Shown: positions 46,552 to 58,731 of the stretch, piece by piece
How the letters are laid out: each line of letters begins with the position of its first letter
How positions within the stretch are numbered: the first letter of the stretch is position 1
Assembly (NCBI GenBank): GCA_001179505.1
Contig: CDMY01001036.1
Coordinates: forward strand, 1-64,000
Direction: 5' to 3'
Length of the DNA stretch: 64,000 nt
Source: Vitrella brassicaformis CCMP3155
Taxonomy: Eukaryota; Protista; Chromerida
Position numbers and translations under genes: made by a program
Notes under the pieces: generated by a model
What the model saw: the letters and a program-made list of their open reading frames with translations, nothing else
Databases searched by the model: none
What the model was told of the DNA's origin: nothing

Positions 46552-48841
46552 TCACACGTCTAAAGGCTTGAGAGATAGAGCATTCAACCGCCCCCACGAG
46601 ATGTGAAACCGTCCAGGAAGGCCCTCTATGCTATCGCCATTCGTCCGCTCCTCCACCAGCCGCTTGAAGGCAGCGGACGACAGCGGCCGGAAGGTGAGCT
46701 TGATGTCGCGGATCTTGAGCAGCGACTTGACACAGGCGATGCCGAACTCGCCGGCGGCATCGCCATCGCCCAAATCCTCGGGCACTGCTCACACAAGCAG
46801 GCAGCACTCAACACAACCGTGAGCAGGTGGAAAAGAGCTGGGGGAGGTGATTGTTTGAAGCCCACCTTCTACAGTAATAATCACTTCTGCGACGGCCGGC
46901 AGCTGCTCGGCTATGTCCCCCCACGTCAGGCCCCCCTCGCCCACACCCGTCACCCGGCCGGCATCGAAGTGCTCTAAGTGTCTGTCCCCGCCCACCGCCT
47001 GCAGCATCCCCACCACATCCGCCTCTGTCGCCGTCACCGACAGCCGAATGTGTCTAACTGCCGGCATCTCGGCCACCAGCCTCCGGGCAATCGCGAGCCC
47101 ATGTTCGCCGTGGCTCACGAGATGCGATGCGGCGGGGAATGCCTTGTGTGGCATTCTGTCGAGCACAATCGGGTCGGGCTGCTCGGCGTCATCGTCGGGC
47201 GCCCAATCGTCCGGGTCCACCACCTCCACGGTCGTCGCCCTGGAGAAGGTCAGGCGCTGTGCGAGGGCGATGGCAGCGGGGCTGGGTGTGTCGAGAGGGC
47301 CGGGGGTGGTGAGATGGTGGGGGCGGATGGTGAAGCAGGCACTCTCTGATGCGGCGGCCATCTGCTGGATGTGTCTCTGCACGAAGGTGGAGGGGGCGGG
47401 GCGGGTGGGGACCTCACACAGGAGGCCAAGGTCGAAAGGCTCGCGCTCGCTACAGTCTTCCTCGTCGATCTTCATGTCAACGGGGATGTCGGGCCTCTCA
47501 CACAGGGTGCGAATGAAGGTCTCGATGGTCGACAGGGTCTCGAAGATGCGGCTGTCGATGGGCACGTCGCAATCGAAGCTGAGCCTCTTGATGGAGCGAC
47601 ATCCACGGTCGACAAGGACCGTCTGCAGAAAGACATACGGAACCCATGAGCAAGCCACTGGATTCAGTCTCTCGTTTTGTGTGGTTTGTGACGCACCTGA
47701 AGGCGCTGCAGCCCGGCCCGCCACTCTCCAAACCTATAGGGGCCATCCTCGTCCCTGACCCAGAGGGCGATGGTGCCTATGTCCTCCAGCTGCGCCAGAG
47801 GGCCCGTCTGCCCATCCGCTGCCGTGGGGATCTGCGCCAGCGACTCGGCAATGCGGTCCGGGACGCAGCTCACGTGCAGCTCCCTCAGGCGTCTCGACGT
47901 CCGCACCAGCTCCCCCAACAGCTCCGGCACCACAACCCCGTCTATCTGCACCCTCTCGAGTGACGGAACTTGCCAATGGCGCCCGCGGCCGGGACAGGAA
48001 CCCTGATATCTCCCGCGGACGCCTGTGATGGATGTGAGGGATATGAGGGTGGGGGGCGGGTCGAGGGGAGCGGGGAGGGGCGTCGCCAATCGCTGTCTGG
48101 CACGTCTGATATCCCGACGCTCGTCTTCGTCGACGGCTATGGACAGGTCGCCCTTGCTGAACTCGATGGCCTCGAGGGTCCCCCCCGCTGGCTCCGTCTG
48201 GCCTGCTGCTGCCGTGGCTCGGGGCGCATCGCAGTGGCCATCCACTAATGCCGTGACGATCCTATCGGTGACCAGCGGCAAAGTGCGGTAGTCATAATCA
48301 TCGAACGGCCGCGGCCCTGAGGTTCCTCGTGGGATGCGGAGGGCATGGGGGTACTGGACGACGATGGACTTGAGCCGTGTCAGCCGCCGGCCCCACGCGA
48401 AGGCGTCAGCGAATGACAGGCCGCACCAGAAGCGCCGCTCGGCCGTGTCGTGGGTGTCCATGACCAGCTGGGTGATCTGGCAGCTGACGTGGCGCCACAG
48501 CCGCTGGGGCAGCGCCGCCACCAAATGAAGCGATAGAAACGAGAAGACGTAGGCGACGACAACCGGCTGAGTGGACAACACACACCACACAAAAAAGGGA
48601 GCATCTGTGCGTTTGCCAGTGGTTCGTTTGGTGCATCTTACGATTCGGCTGAAGTGCTGAGCAAAGGTCTCCAGATCTATGCCATGTGTGGTGTGCGATG
48701 CCGTGGCCTGCTGCTGCTGCTGGAGCTGGTGCTGGTGCTGGTGCTGGTGCTGCTGGCCGTTGCCAACGTTAGCATCCTCGTTAGCATCCTTCTCTCCCTC
48801 AGCCCGCCTCTGCCGCTTCGGTGCCGCCTCCAATCGCTCAT
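46552..48841 (-). CDS. Lineage-expanded orphan-family protein, copy B; lacks its own in-frame ATG
   Basis: VAYVFSFLSLHLVAALPQRLWRHVSCQITQLVMD...FWCGLSFADAF.WGRRLTRLKS; long exons 47664-48570 and 46850-47625; last exon ends 46552. Confidence 0.65.
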
Positions 48842-49027
48842 TGCTGGCAACTTCAAGAACCGATGGCTTTTTTGGGGTGGTGGTTAACGGTAAGATTGTC
48901 CATGTGTGTCCATGCGCTCGGACTGGCTTTTTTCGGCACGTTTGGTCTTCATTCCAACAGCAAAAGCTGACATGAAAGGGGACAGTGCACACACACACGC
49001 AGAGAGAGGGAGGGAGAGGGCATGTAC

Positions 49028-49786
49028 ATGGGAGGGGGGAGAGCCGCCAACGGCTCCGTCGCAGCTTGGATATCGCGGACCTCGGCATTGTCGACGACTA
49101 TGATCGATTCGCCCTTCCCGATTTCTATGGACTCCAAGGTGGTCCCCGCCTGCTGCCCGGCTGCTGTGGCCGCTGCGGCTCTCCGCCCCTCACTGTGCCC
49201 CTCCACCAATGCCGTGACGATCTTGTCGATCACCGGCGACAGATTGCGGTAGTCATAAGCGTGTGGCCCTCTTGGGATGCGAAGGCTACGGGGATACCGG
49301 ACGACAACGGACTTGAGCCGTGTCAGCCGCCGGCCCCACTCGAAGGCGTCAGCGAATGAGAGGCCGCACCAGAAGCGCCGCTCGGCCGTGTCGTAGATGT
49401 CCATGACCAGCTGGGTGATCTGGCAGCTGACGTGGCGCCACAGCCGCTGGGGCAGCGCCGCCACCAAATGAAGCGACACGAACGAGAAGACGTAGGCGAC
49501 GACAACCGGCTGAGTGCACAACACACACCACACAAAGAAGGGAGCGATGAGCATCTGTGCGTTTGCCAGTGTTTCGTTTGGTGCAGCTTACGATTTGGCT
49601 GAAGTGCTGAGCAAAGGCCTCCAAATCTATGCTGTGCGATGGCGTGGCCTGCTGCTGCTGCTGCTGCTGCTGGTGGTGGTGGTGGTGGTGCTGGCTATCT
49701 GCGTCCACCATGGTCTCCTCGTTGCCCTGCTCCTCTCCCTCTCCCTCGGCCGCCCGCCCCTGCCGCTTCTGTGCCGACTCACTCAT
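49028..49786 (-). CDS. Same orphan family, copy A (N-terminal half only)
   Basis: MSESAQKRQ...HHHHHHQQQQ...IDLEAFAQHFSQI|PVVVAYVFSFVSLHLVAALPQRLWRH...; highly similar to copy B, with similarity fading after LAALPPP. Confidence 0.65.
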
Positions 49787-50116
49787 CGGTGATTATGTTG
49801 CAAACCTGCTGCCGTGAACCTGTGTGTGTGGGCCACCCAGCGCTTTCAGCTACTCCTTCTTCTACGAATGTCAAGCTCGCAAAAAAGCTCGCAGACGAAG
49901 GGGGAGAGAAGAGAAGGAAAGAAAAGGAGCAAAGGATCTCCCCAGGACGACGACAGCATTTGGAGCCATCTCTGTTGAGAGATCCGACAGATCTGCTTGG
50001 TGGATCCCGGCATTGACGCCGGAGCTCAAATCCCGCGCGGCGTCCGGCGTGTCGCTTGACACGAGCCAAGTGCTCGTTCTTGTTGCCAACCCAACAACAG
50101 CAACCGAAGAGAGTTG

Positions 50117-51130
50117 ATGACATCTCGTCGACGCGCCTCCTCCGGCCCGTCGTCCGAGCGAGGCCTGCTGCCCCGTCCCCTTCCCTCCCTCCTGGGCCGC
50201 CCACCATCATCCCTCCAGCCACACCACCAACACCAGCAGCAGCAGGCACCGGCAGTGCTGCCTGAGGACATCCCAGTGCCGGAGGACTCTGACGATGAGA
50301 CCGGATGGATACCGGGGGCCAGCCTGGACCATGACATTGCCGACGCTGTCAAGGAGGAGATTGAAAAGGTCACGGCGGCGGACGGCGAAGGGCCCGTGTT
50401 GTCGTCGAGTGAAAGCGATGACAGCGAGGAGGAGGCGCGCACGGCCCTCTCGCGTGTGGCCGCCACTGCTGACGAGCGGCTGGATTTCTTCTCGGACAAG
50501 TTCGAGCCTCTGCTGGCGCTGCGGCACCCGTCCCTCGCCCCGCCCCTGAAGCCGCAGAAGAACCTCGACACCATCGTGCAGTGCAACCTGCTGCTGCCCT
50601 GGGAGCTCCAGGACCAGCTGGCGCCGCCATACAACCTCTCCCTGCAGCAGGCCCCCGACAGTCAGCAGAAGGACCAGCCGCAGCAGGGGAGGAAGATGGG
50701 CGATCACATGAAGCAGAAGCTCAGCCGGATCCGTGAGCGCGTCAAGGAGACCAAGGAGAGGGCGGCCTGCTGGCTGCGAGGCGAAATCGGCAGCAAGAGC
50801 CAGGGGCCGCTCGGGGCCATCGGGCAGTACGTCAGGAACCAGGAGTACGTCCGTGTGTGGGTGCGGTCCAACGCCCGCGGCAAGGCGGCGGTGAGGTCGA
50901 CGGTGACGGGCCTGCCCGTGGCCTATGACAAGCACTGGTCCCTGCTCCTGAGCAATGTGGTGGAGGTCATCTACCAGCCGGCCACTGCCGATTTGACCCG
51001 GCGTGGTGTGCGTGTGGAGGAGAGGAGGCGCAAGCTGCGGTCGCTGTTTGTGCGGGGCGACAATGTGATGCTCGTGGCGCCAGTCGATGGCATCTCGGAG
51101 GCGGCGAACCGGTTCTGGGGGTACAGATGA
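50117..51130 (+). CDS. LSM11: LSm11-like (U7 snRNP-specific) Sm-like protein, intronless
   Basis: The N-terminal motif RLDFFSDKFEPLLAL resembles the metazoan LSm11 motif (LDxxSxxFDPLLAL, recalled). Sm1: GPLG...VRVWVRS...VTGLPVAYDKHWSLLLSNVVE. Sm2: LRSLFVRGDNVMLV. Confidence 0.8.
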   Translation: MTSRRRASSGPSSERGLLPRPLPSLLGRPPSSLQPHHQHQQQQAPAVLPEDIPVPEDSDDETGWIPGASLDHDIADAVKEEIEKVTAADGEGPVLSSSESDDSEEEARTALSRVAATADERLDFFSDKFEPLLALRHPSLAPPLKPQKNLDTIVQCNLLLPWELQDQLAPPYNLSLQQAPDSQQKDQPQQGRKMGDHMKQKLSRIRERVKETKERAACWLRGEIGSKSQGPLGAIGQYVRNQEYVRVWVRSNARGKAAVRSTVTGLPVAYDKHWSLLLSNVVEVIYQPATADLTRRGVRVEERRRKLRSLFVRGDNVMLVAPVDGISEAANRFWGYR

Positions 51131-52728
51131 TAAGATGCATGCTTGGATGGATGGATGGATGTGTGTTTGGTTAGCTAACCGACCAGTGAGTGAGACCCAA
51201 GGCATTTTTGCGGCCAGTGCTGCGTAGCTTAGGGAGTGAGTGAATGCGGTAAGTTTTAAGCGTTGTCACAGTGTCCATAAATACACCTGACATCACATGA
51301 CATGTCATGACATGCAGTGCAATGCACCTCACACGCACACGCACACATACGTACGTACAGGTACACAGGTAAAGACAGAGTGGTCCCAACCAACCAACTA
51401 TATGTGCAATGCAATCGACACACAAAACACGACATGTGCACACACGCAAGAAACACATGCAGAGAAAGTGATGCGACAGACCGAGCCAAACATGCCCACT
51501 CACCGAGGGAGAAGGCAAAAATGACTCGTGTCGCCTTCACCCACCCTCACAAAACACATACATTACATCATCTCGCCCCTCCCCAACCCCCCAAACACCC
51601 CCCACACACCCCAGACAGGCAGACAAGAAGGCCCTCACACGCACTGCACATGACCCATACATCCATCCATTCAATGCATGCACAAACATGATCAGGAGCC
51701 ACCTCAGTGCTCAACCAATCTGTCCTCACACGTAGGTATGAGCGGTGCGTCAGTCAGTCCGTCACCCACAGGCTCAACGTTTCACAGCAAATAATCGCTC
51801 CCCCCATCCCATCCGTCCGTCCCTCACCCACAGATGCCGCTGCCAGAGCATCGTGCCAAATGCATCCATCCCATACATATCATCGCTCCAAGCTGAAAAC
51901 CCCACACATCCATGCCATGCAAGCACATTCAGTCTCGCTAAGCTAAGGTGCATGGCATGTCTGTAAGGGAAAAAAGCAGATTGACGTACTGACAAAGCTA
52001 GGGAGGGATTCACTCGGAAAAAACCCATCGATCGATCGTTGGTCGGTTGCTCTCTCTGGGGATGGATGGTCGCAGCCGACGCAGATAGATAGACATGTGG
52101 CGAAAACCCACGCGTATGCGCGCAGGAGCAGGCAGACATGTCTGTCCCCTCTCTTATTCTCTCTTTCCTTGCTGGCTGGCTGACTGACAGCAACTCGATT
52201 ACATAACATACACATACATACATCTTTCAAATGACACCCCCTCCCCCCCCCCTCCCTCACTCAGTCACTCGCTGCAGCCAGCCGCCCCACTCGCACAGAC
52301 ATGCAAACATACATACACACATACATACACACACATGCACACATGCACACAGGTAGGGTAGAGGTACGTACAAGCTAGGTACACATACACATACACACAC
52401 ATGAACAAATTCGTCAACCCACCCGTTCGTCCATCCATCCACCAATCCACCGACCAATCCTCTATCTATCGCTCTCTCACCGCCGTCCGTCTCGGTGTGC
52501 CAGCTTTGTGGCCCGCCCCACACGCAAAGGAGTGCATTGCATATGAATGCGGTGTCCGTAAGGTAGCTACTCAACAGCTAGGCGCCTGTCTGTCGGTACG
52601 TGTGTGGTGGGGTGGGGTGGGGTGGGGTGGGGGGGTGAGTAATTGCTGCGTGACCGACCCATTTGGGGATCAAGGTGGCCGCATCATTGCAGGTGGGATG
52701 AGTAGTGAGGCCCGGCCCGCCCTTCGAT

Positions 52729-54942
52729 TTATGCTGCATCGTGTTTGGGCCTCTGTGCTTCGAGCGTCTTGTTGCAGTCGCGCGGGTCCAGCAGGTTGTC
52801 CAGAGGCCACCACGCTAGGTGCGCAAACTGATCAAGGAAGGTACCACACACACATGATGATGAAGGAACATCGCCCTGTCTGTGTTGCCATCCATATTCT
52901 CTCTGTATGTGTGAGTGCTGTCCTCACGTAAAGGAGGATGGGCTCGGGCATGCACCGCGACACCACGTCGATGAAGAACGAAAACCCGCCAGGGGCCGCG
53001 AGGCGTGCACCCTTCATCAGCCGCCGCACACCGAACGCAGCGACCTTCTCGGTCTTCTCCGTCAGCATGTCGTGCGCTGATCGACAGGTCGATGGATGGA
53101 TAGATGCCAAGAACGAAGAGACAGACACACAAATCTGCTAGTGCTGGCGGTGCTGTGGGTGTGTGCTGACTGACCAATGAGGGCGTTTTCCGCCTCGCCG
53201 GCGAAGAGGGACGACTTGGTGCCGGGGGGCTAAACACACACACACACACAGAGGGGAGAGAGAGATGCACGAGAGCACCATATGAGTGGGAGTGCCATCT
53301 GTCGCTGCTCCTTCCTCGCCGTACCGTGAGGCATGTGACGCCCACGCCGTGAGGGCGCAGCTCGTAGCCCACTGACTGGGACAGACTCACCACAAATGCC
53401 TGGGTGAAGGGATGGATGGAGGAGTGTGTGCAAAGGGGGAGAGGATGTAAGGGCGCACGAGACGAGAAGAGGCCTCCCTCGATAGATAGTCGTTACGTAC
53501 GTACCTTGGTAGCATGGTACATGGCGCAGCTTGGACCGGGTAGCCATCCCACCACCGAGGCGTTGTTCAGTATCCTGCCGCACCCACGCCTGCATCCACA
53601 GACACACAGCAGATGAGATGAAGAGGGGATGACCACCGCGTGTGTGCGTGTGTGTGGATGAGCGTGTGTGTAACGCGACGCACTTGGCCATGTCTTCTCC
53701 AAAGAGGCGCATGAGTATGGCGTATGAGATGGAGTTGAGCTGGGTCATCGACATGATGCCACTCAGCTCCTCAGAGAGGTAGGCCGAGCGGTTCAGACGA
53801 CCAGCGTTGTTCACCTGCCATCACGCCATACACAGACCAACATGGCCATCCATGTGCGTCTGCCTCTCTGCACACGGATGTGTGTTTGTCTCTCTGTGCG
53901 TGTGTGTACCAGAATGGCCACGTGGTGGTCGTCTCCCTTTGTCAGCAGCAGGTCGTTCACGTCACGATGAAGCTTCTCAGCGCCACCCGCAACACCTGTC
54001 GTCGACACAAACACACACACACATAATACGCGCGACACACAGAGATGCTCTGGGTGCTCTTCGTCAGCCTACCGAGGTCGGCGGGGAGGGTGAGCACCTT
54101 GACGCTGTACTTCTCGGCGAGAGCCTCGGCAGCCTCAGTCAGCTTGGATTGGTTGCGCGCAGCTGAGCGACCCACACCAGACACAGACACATCGATCGAC
54201 ATGTCATGTGGCAGTTAGTTCGTCTGTGTGTGTTTGCGGACCTAGAATGAGGTTGAACTTCCTCTTGGCGAGCTCCTCCGAGATGGCCCGACCGATGCCG
54301 TGACCGCCGCCCGTCACCAAGGCATACCTACACATCAGACACACCAGGGCGTGTCCCCGGGATACTATCGCAGCCGCTTGTCCGTCCGTACTTTTCGTCG
54401 CTGGGTTTGACTGGGGGCAGCCTCTTGGTGCCGTTTGTGCAGGGCATGATCCAACACAGAGGCATCGTCAGCCACCAAAACAGCTGATGACAGTCACACA
54501 CACACACACACACGCACCGTCAAATCGGAACGTACACCCAGCCACTCATATATCCACATGGTCTGTCTGGTGGGTGAACACACCAGCGTACGTACCTGAT
54601 CGACGAGGAAAGTGACGAGGGCGAGGGGTATCCACACGGTGCCGTAGATGAGCGTCAGGCCAATTCGCCAGAGGGACCACCGCAGCAGCGGGTGAGGCAG
54701 CGACTTCTCGGGGTCGTAGGCATCAAACGAACCTGAATGGTACCACACAGACAGATATCCACAACAGACAGACACGCACGTCAACCACCGCCGAGCGATC
54801 TGCGTCCGTGTGTCTGTGTCTGTGTCTGTGTACGGGGCGTACCGGTGACTGAGGTGGAAGACATCATGGTCTTGTAGTTGTTTGGCGAGGGCGCCACCGC
54901 CAGCCGGGTGGAAGGGGAAGCATGGCTGACCTCGTCAGGCAT
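52729..54942 (-). CDS. Classical short-chain dehydrogenase/reductase with N-terminal membrane segment
   Basis: YALVTGGGHGIGRAISEELAKRKFNLIL, VNNAG, RILNNASVVGWLPGPSCAMYHATKAFVVSLSQSVGYELRPHGVGVT (TGxxxGxG; S..YxxxK); about 10 exons. The start codon is tentative. Confidence 0.85.
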
Positions 54943-55086
54943 CACCGTGGCAAAGCTGAGCCTAGCGGCGGCAGTCAGACAGATCCTGGGTCCTTCCCGT
55001 TCCTTTTTTCTCGGAGAAGCCTTCGCGACCGCTGTGCGTGGTGGAGTAGTGAGGTCTGCGGCCTTGGTGCGTCCTCCGTACAACTT

Positions 55087-55102
55087 AACCCTACAAACCC
55101 TA
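55087..55102. promoter_or_regulatory. Telo-box-like motifs (AACCCTAcAAACCCTA) between divergent SDR and EGF-like genes
   Basis: Sequence seen directly; role inferred. Confidence 0.4.
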
Positions 55103-55418
55103 GCGATTCGAAATCTTGCAGCTGAGCTCGCAGGTGAATGAATGAACAGGAGAGGACGTGTGTGTGACCACGATCTCAAAACAGCACAGCAGCGCTCCTC
55201 CGTGCTGGCTGGCGTCGTAGGCTGGCGTTTGGAAGGGCGTTGTGCTGTGCTACCACTGCCCAGTGCTGTCCTTGCACTGCTGCTTCTGCCTTCGGCCTAT
55301 TCGACCCTGGATTCACGACTGACTTAGTGCCAGCACTCGGCCTCTTCCAAGGCGAGACTGAGTGGCGGTGACTGGCGGTGACTGTCGGTGAGCTCTTGAT
55401 TTGATTTTTTACCGAAGG

Positions 55419-56746
55419 ATGGCCTCGACAGCGCCTCTTCCGCCTGGCTATGCCGCACTGACATGCCAAAACAACTGCTCGTGAGCGATGAAGCATCCGC
55501 ACCGCCTTATTCTGACCAGTGCACTCGTCTCTGTCCATGTGTGTGTGTGTGTGTGTGTGTGCTTTGTGCAGCGGGAGGGGCGTGTGCACGATACAAGGGC
55601 TGTGTCACTGCGACAATCTGTGGGCAGGGTGAGCAATGACCAGCAGAGAGAGAGAGAGAGAGAGCGGGAGGACTGCAGGGGCTGATATGACATTTGGGAA
55701 AATGAATCATGCGTGCAGTCTTGGGTGCGAGACGAGGCTGGAGGACAAAGGGGTGCAGCTCGAGGACGGTGGGATGTCTGCCGGCACATACGGCGGGCTG
55801 CTCTTCCTCGTGTGCTTCGTCTCTCTGCTGCTGCTGGCGATCGCACTCATGCCTCCCAAGTGGAGAGATGTCAGTAGTGACTGACTGACATACTCAAGAC
55901 AGCTTCCTATCTGATCATATGCGACTGTGTGTGCTGTCTTTGCCTCCCTTTAGGCGCTGTGGGGCTACCTGTTGCAGCCCTGCAAAGCCACTGCTACGAT
56001 GACTGACCTTCGAGCTCGAGTAGCTATGATTTGTGTCTACCTACCATCTCTCTCGTCTCTCTCTCTCTCTTGCGCATCTGCAGGTCCCAGTGGCGCAGAC
56101 TGAAGAGGAGCCGTCGCCGGTCGTCGTGGAAGAGAGCATCCCCGCGGTGCCGTCGACCTTCACGCCAGGCGAGCCCAAGGGCGAGCCAGCCGCCCCGCGA
56201 TTGAGAACACGGCCACAGGTGTGCAAACAAACCACACACTCAGCCAGAAACAGGCACTCCCATCCATCTCGACGGGTCCACCATCCATCTGCACTGCAGG
56301 AGGAAGGAGCCTCCCATGAGGTCGCAGAGGAGGGCACACCGATCAGTCCGGGCCGCGTGACCGCCCCTGAAACTACATGGGCGCCTGGACCTCCCCCACC
56401 TGGCCCCCCGACGCTGCTCATGTCTCCACGCCACCGAGCAGCGCCAGCACCGATGATGATCGGCCAGCCAGCCACCCCCGGAGATCTTCCTGAAGAGGCC
56501 ATCCATCCAGAGGGAGCTGACACAGAGGTCATCATCAAAGAGGAGACAGAAGGAGAAGAAGACCAAGAGGGGGTAGACGAGTCTGAGAGTGCTGATGCGG
56601 ACGAGCAGCCGGGCGACGAAGGCGGCACGCGGCTGTTCTCCTCCCCCCCCGCTCTGTCCGCGTCGATGTCTCGCAACTATTATGTGGGGGGTGAGGTGCG
56701 GATTGGGGTCGAGGAGGAGGCAGACGAGGGAGGGCAACGGCCATGA
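55419..56746 (+). CDS. EGF-like-domain single-pass membrane protein with Pro/Glu-rich tail
   Basis: Exons 55419-55480, 55572-55628 and 55719-55869 splice to TCQNNCSGRGVCTIQGLCHCDNLWAGLGCE (six-Cys EGF spacing), then TM GLLFLVCFVSLLLLAIALM, then an acidic Pro-rich tail. The true 5' end or signal peptide may lie upstream. Confidence 0.7.
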
Positions 56747-57000
56747 CGAATCATACGTGTGGGCAGACATATAGACAGACATACAGACAGACAGAATGTA
56801 GACGGAGGGGTGGGTGAGGCCGTGAGGCCACTCGCTCTATGCCATGCGTGAACCGCCCGCAGTCGCCGAAACCTCGATGAGGGACTCAAGAAGCAGAAAG
56901 AAGCGCACGAAGTGCCAATGGTACAACTGAAGGGCCGGTCACATCATGGAAACTCTCTCATCGGCTGGTCATTCACCTTTCCTCTCCTCTGTCTCCCTAA

Positions 57001-58731
57001 TCACTTCTTCTTGCTCTTGGCTCCCGCCCTCCTGGTGCCCTTCCTGTCTTTTCTTTCGTCTCCAAGCTCACTGATGCCATCCACCTGGCCGGCGGGCTCC
57101 GCTTCTGCACCGCAGGCGCTCTGCTCGGCGGGCTGTGTCTCGCTTCCCTTCCTCTCTGGCGCGGTGTCTTGCTGCTGTTCTTCTTGTCCTGGCCATTTAC
57201 TCTTCTTGAGGGCGTCCAGGGCCGAGTGTGATTTGGATGGGCGCAGCTCTTGATCGGGAATGCCCTTGTCTGCCTTAATCTTCAGCTCCTTCCTCATCAA
57301 CTCAGTTCTTCCCTTGAAGCTTGGAATTGGGAAGGGGAATCCTGGAAACAAACAAGCACAATACACGTACGGGTGTCACTGTCTGTGTTTGTTTAGGTAC
57401 CCAGGCCGCTTCGACCGCCTCGGTGTGCGTCCTGCAATGCGCCTCTCAGACCGCGGTAGCCCATCGTGACACACTTCAGCTCGGCTGTCGCCCGCCAGCA
57501 GGTCTTTTCGGTGTAGTTGAGGAGGGTCATGATCCATGGGTCGGCAATCCAGGCGTCAATGAGCCTCTCGAGCTGTGGGTGGAGACGCTTGACGTCCACC
57601 ACCCACTTGAGCATAGCAAATGCAAACTCAGCGTCGTCATTCCGCCGCTGAGACAGAGACATAAATAAATGCGTCATGCGGACTTCCATGTGTGTTCCCC
57701 CACCCCAGGGCCCCGCAGCAGGTACCTACCTGATTGGTTTCCAGCAGCAGGTCAGTCACTGCATACAGGTCGTTCCTCGAGCCCCCACTCGGCAGCCGGA
57801 GCCTCTCCAGCAGCTGCACGGCTTCCCGCCACTCCGCCAGAAATGCGCGGTCGCGGTTGCAACGAGCCATGAAGCCGCTAAGTTTCTTGCAAAAGGCCTC
57901 CTCGACGCTGTGGCCTTCCGTGTTGATAATCAAGGGGTCCTCGGCCTTGGTGACGACGTAAACAGGGCCAAATGACGGGGAGAGCTTCTCCGAGGGATCG
58001 GTGAGAAGTTTCCCCTGTGTGAGGTTGAATATTCGCTGTGTTCTGAACGAGATGTTGTGGCGCTGCTCCAGCAGCGGCCGGAGGATCCAGACCGACATCT
58101 GGTTGCAGCAGTGGACTCTGATCGTGTCCTTGCCCTTCGTGTTGCTGACGTTGTGCACGACCTGCGAGAGCGAATGTAATGTTGCAGAACACTCACATAT
58201 GATGGTATGGTGCACATACTTACATACCTGATGAAAAGAGCCTTCCGTATTCCGCAGCGCATAGACCAGCGCCACTCTCGCCTCATAGAGGTCCATCAGG
58301 GCCGCCTCGTGCAGCGCTTCCACGAATGTCAGGTTGTCGTCGGCCGATCGGTTGATGAGCCCCAGAAGGGTCCTCATGAGCTCTTTCTTGCCGTCTCCCT
58401 GAGGGCACCGCGATTTTGGCTGGTCGCCAAGCTGCACCGCTCTTTCCCACAGCACCGAGACGGCCCCTTCCTTATCAATCCACGCCTTGTAAAACCGCGC
58501 GAAGGCGAGGTAGCCCTTGAGCTCCGTCAAAGGGCCGCCGGCGTTGTCTGCGAACACACACAGATGAATGAATGCACTGATTGACAATGAGTGCACCGGT
58601 GTCTTCTCCCCTCCCTCGTGACACTCACCCCACAGCCGCATGTAGAATGGGTTGCGATGCAGCTGATGATCAAAGAGCAGCCATGCAATCGCACGTATCA
58701 GCTTGCGTGTGTGCCTCGCATCACGTTTCAT
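57001..58731 (-). CDS. Hypothetical globular protein with charged C-terminal tail, about 5 exons
   Basis: Long non-repetitive coding exons joined at GT-AG (e.g. ETNQ|RRNDDAEF; GL|GFPFP). No family recognised. Confidence 0.65.
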
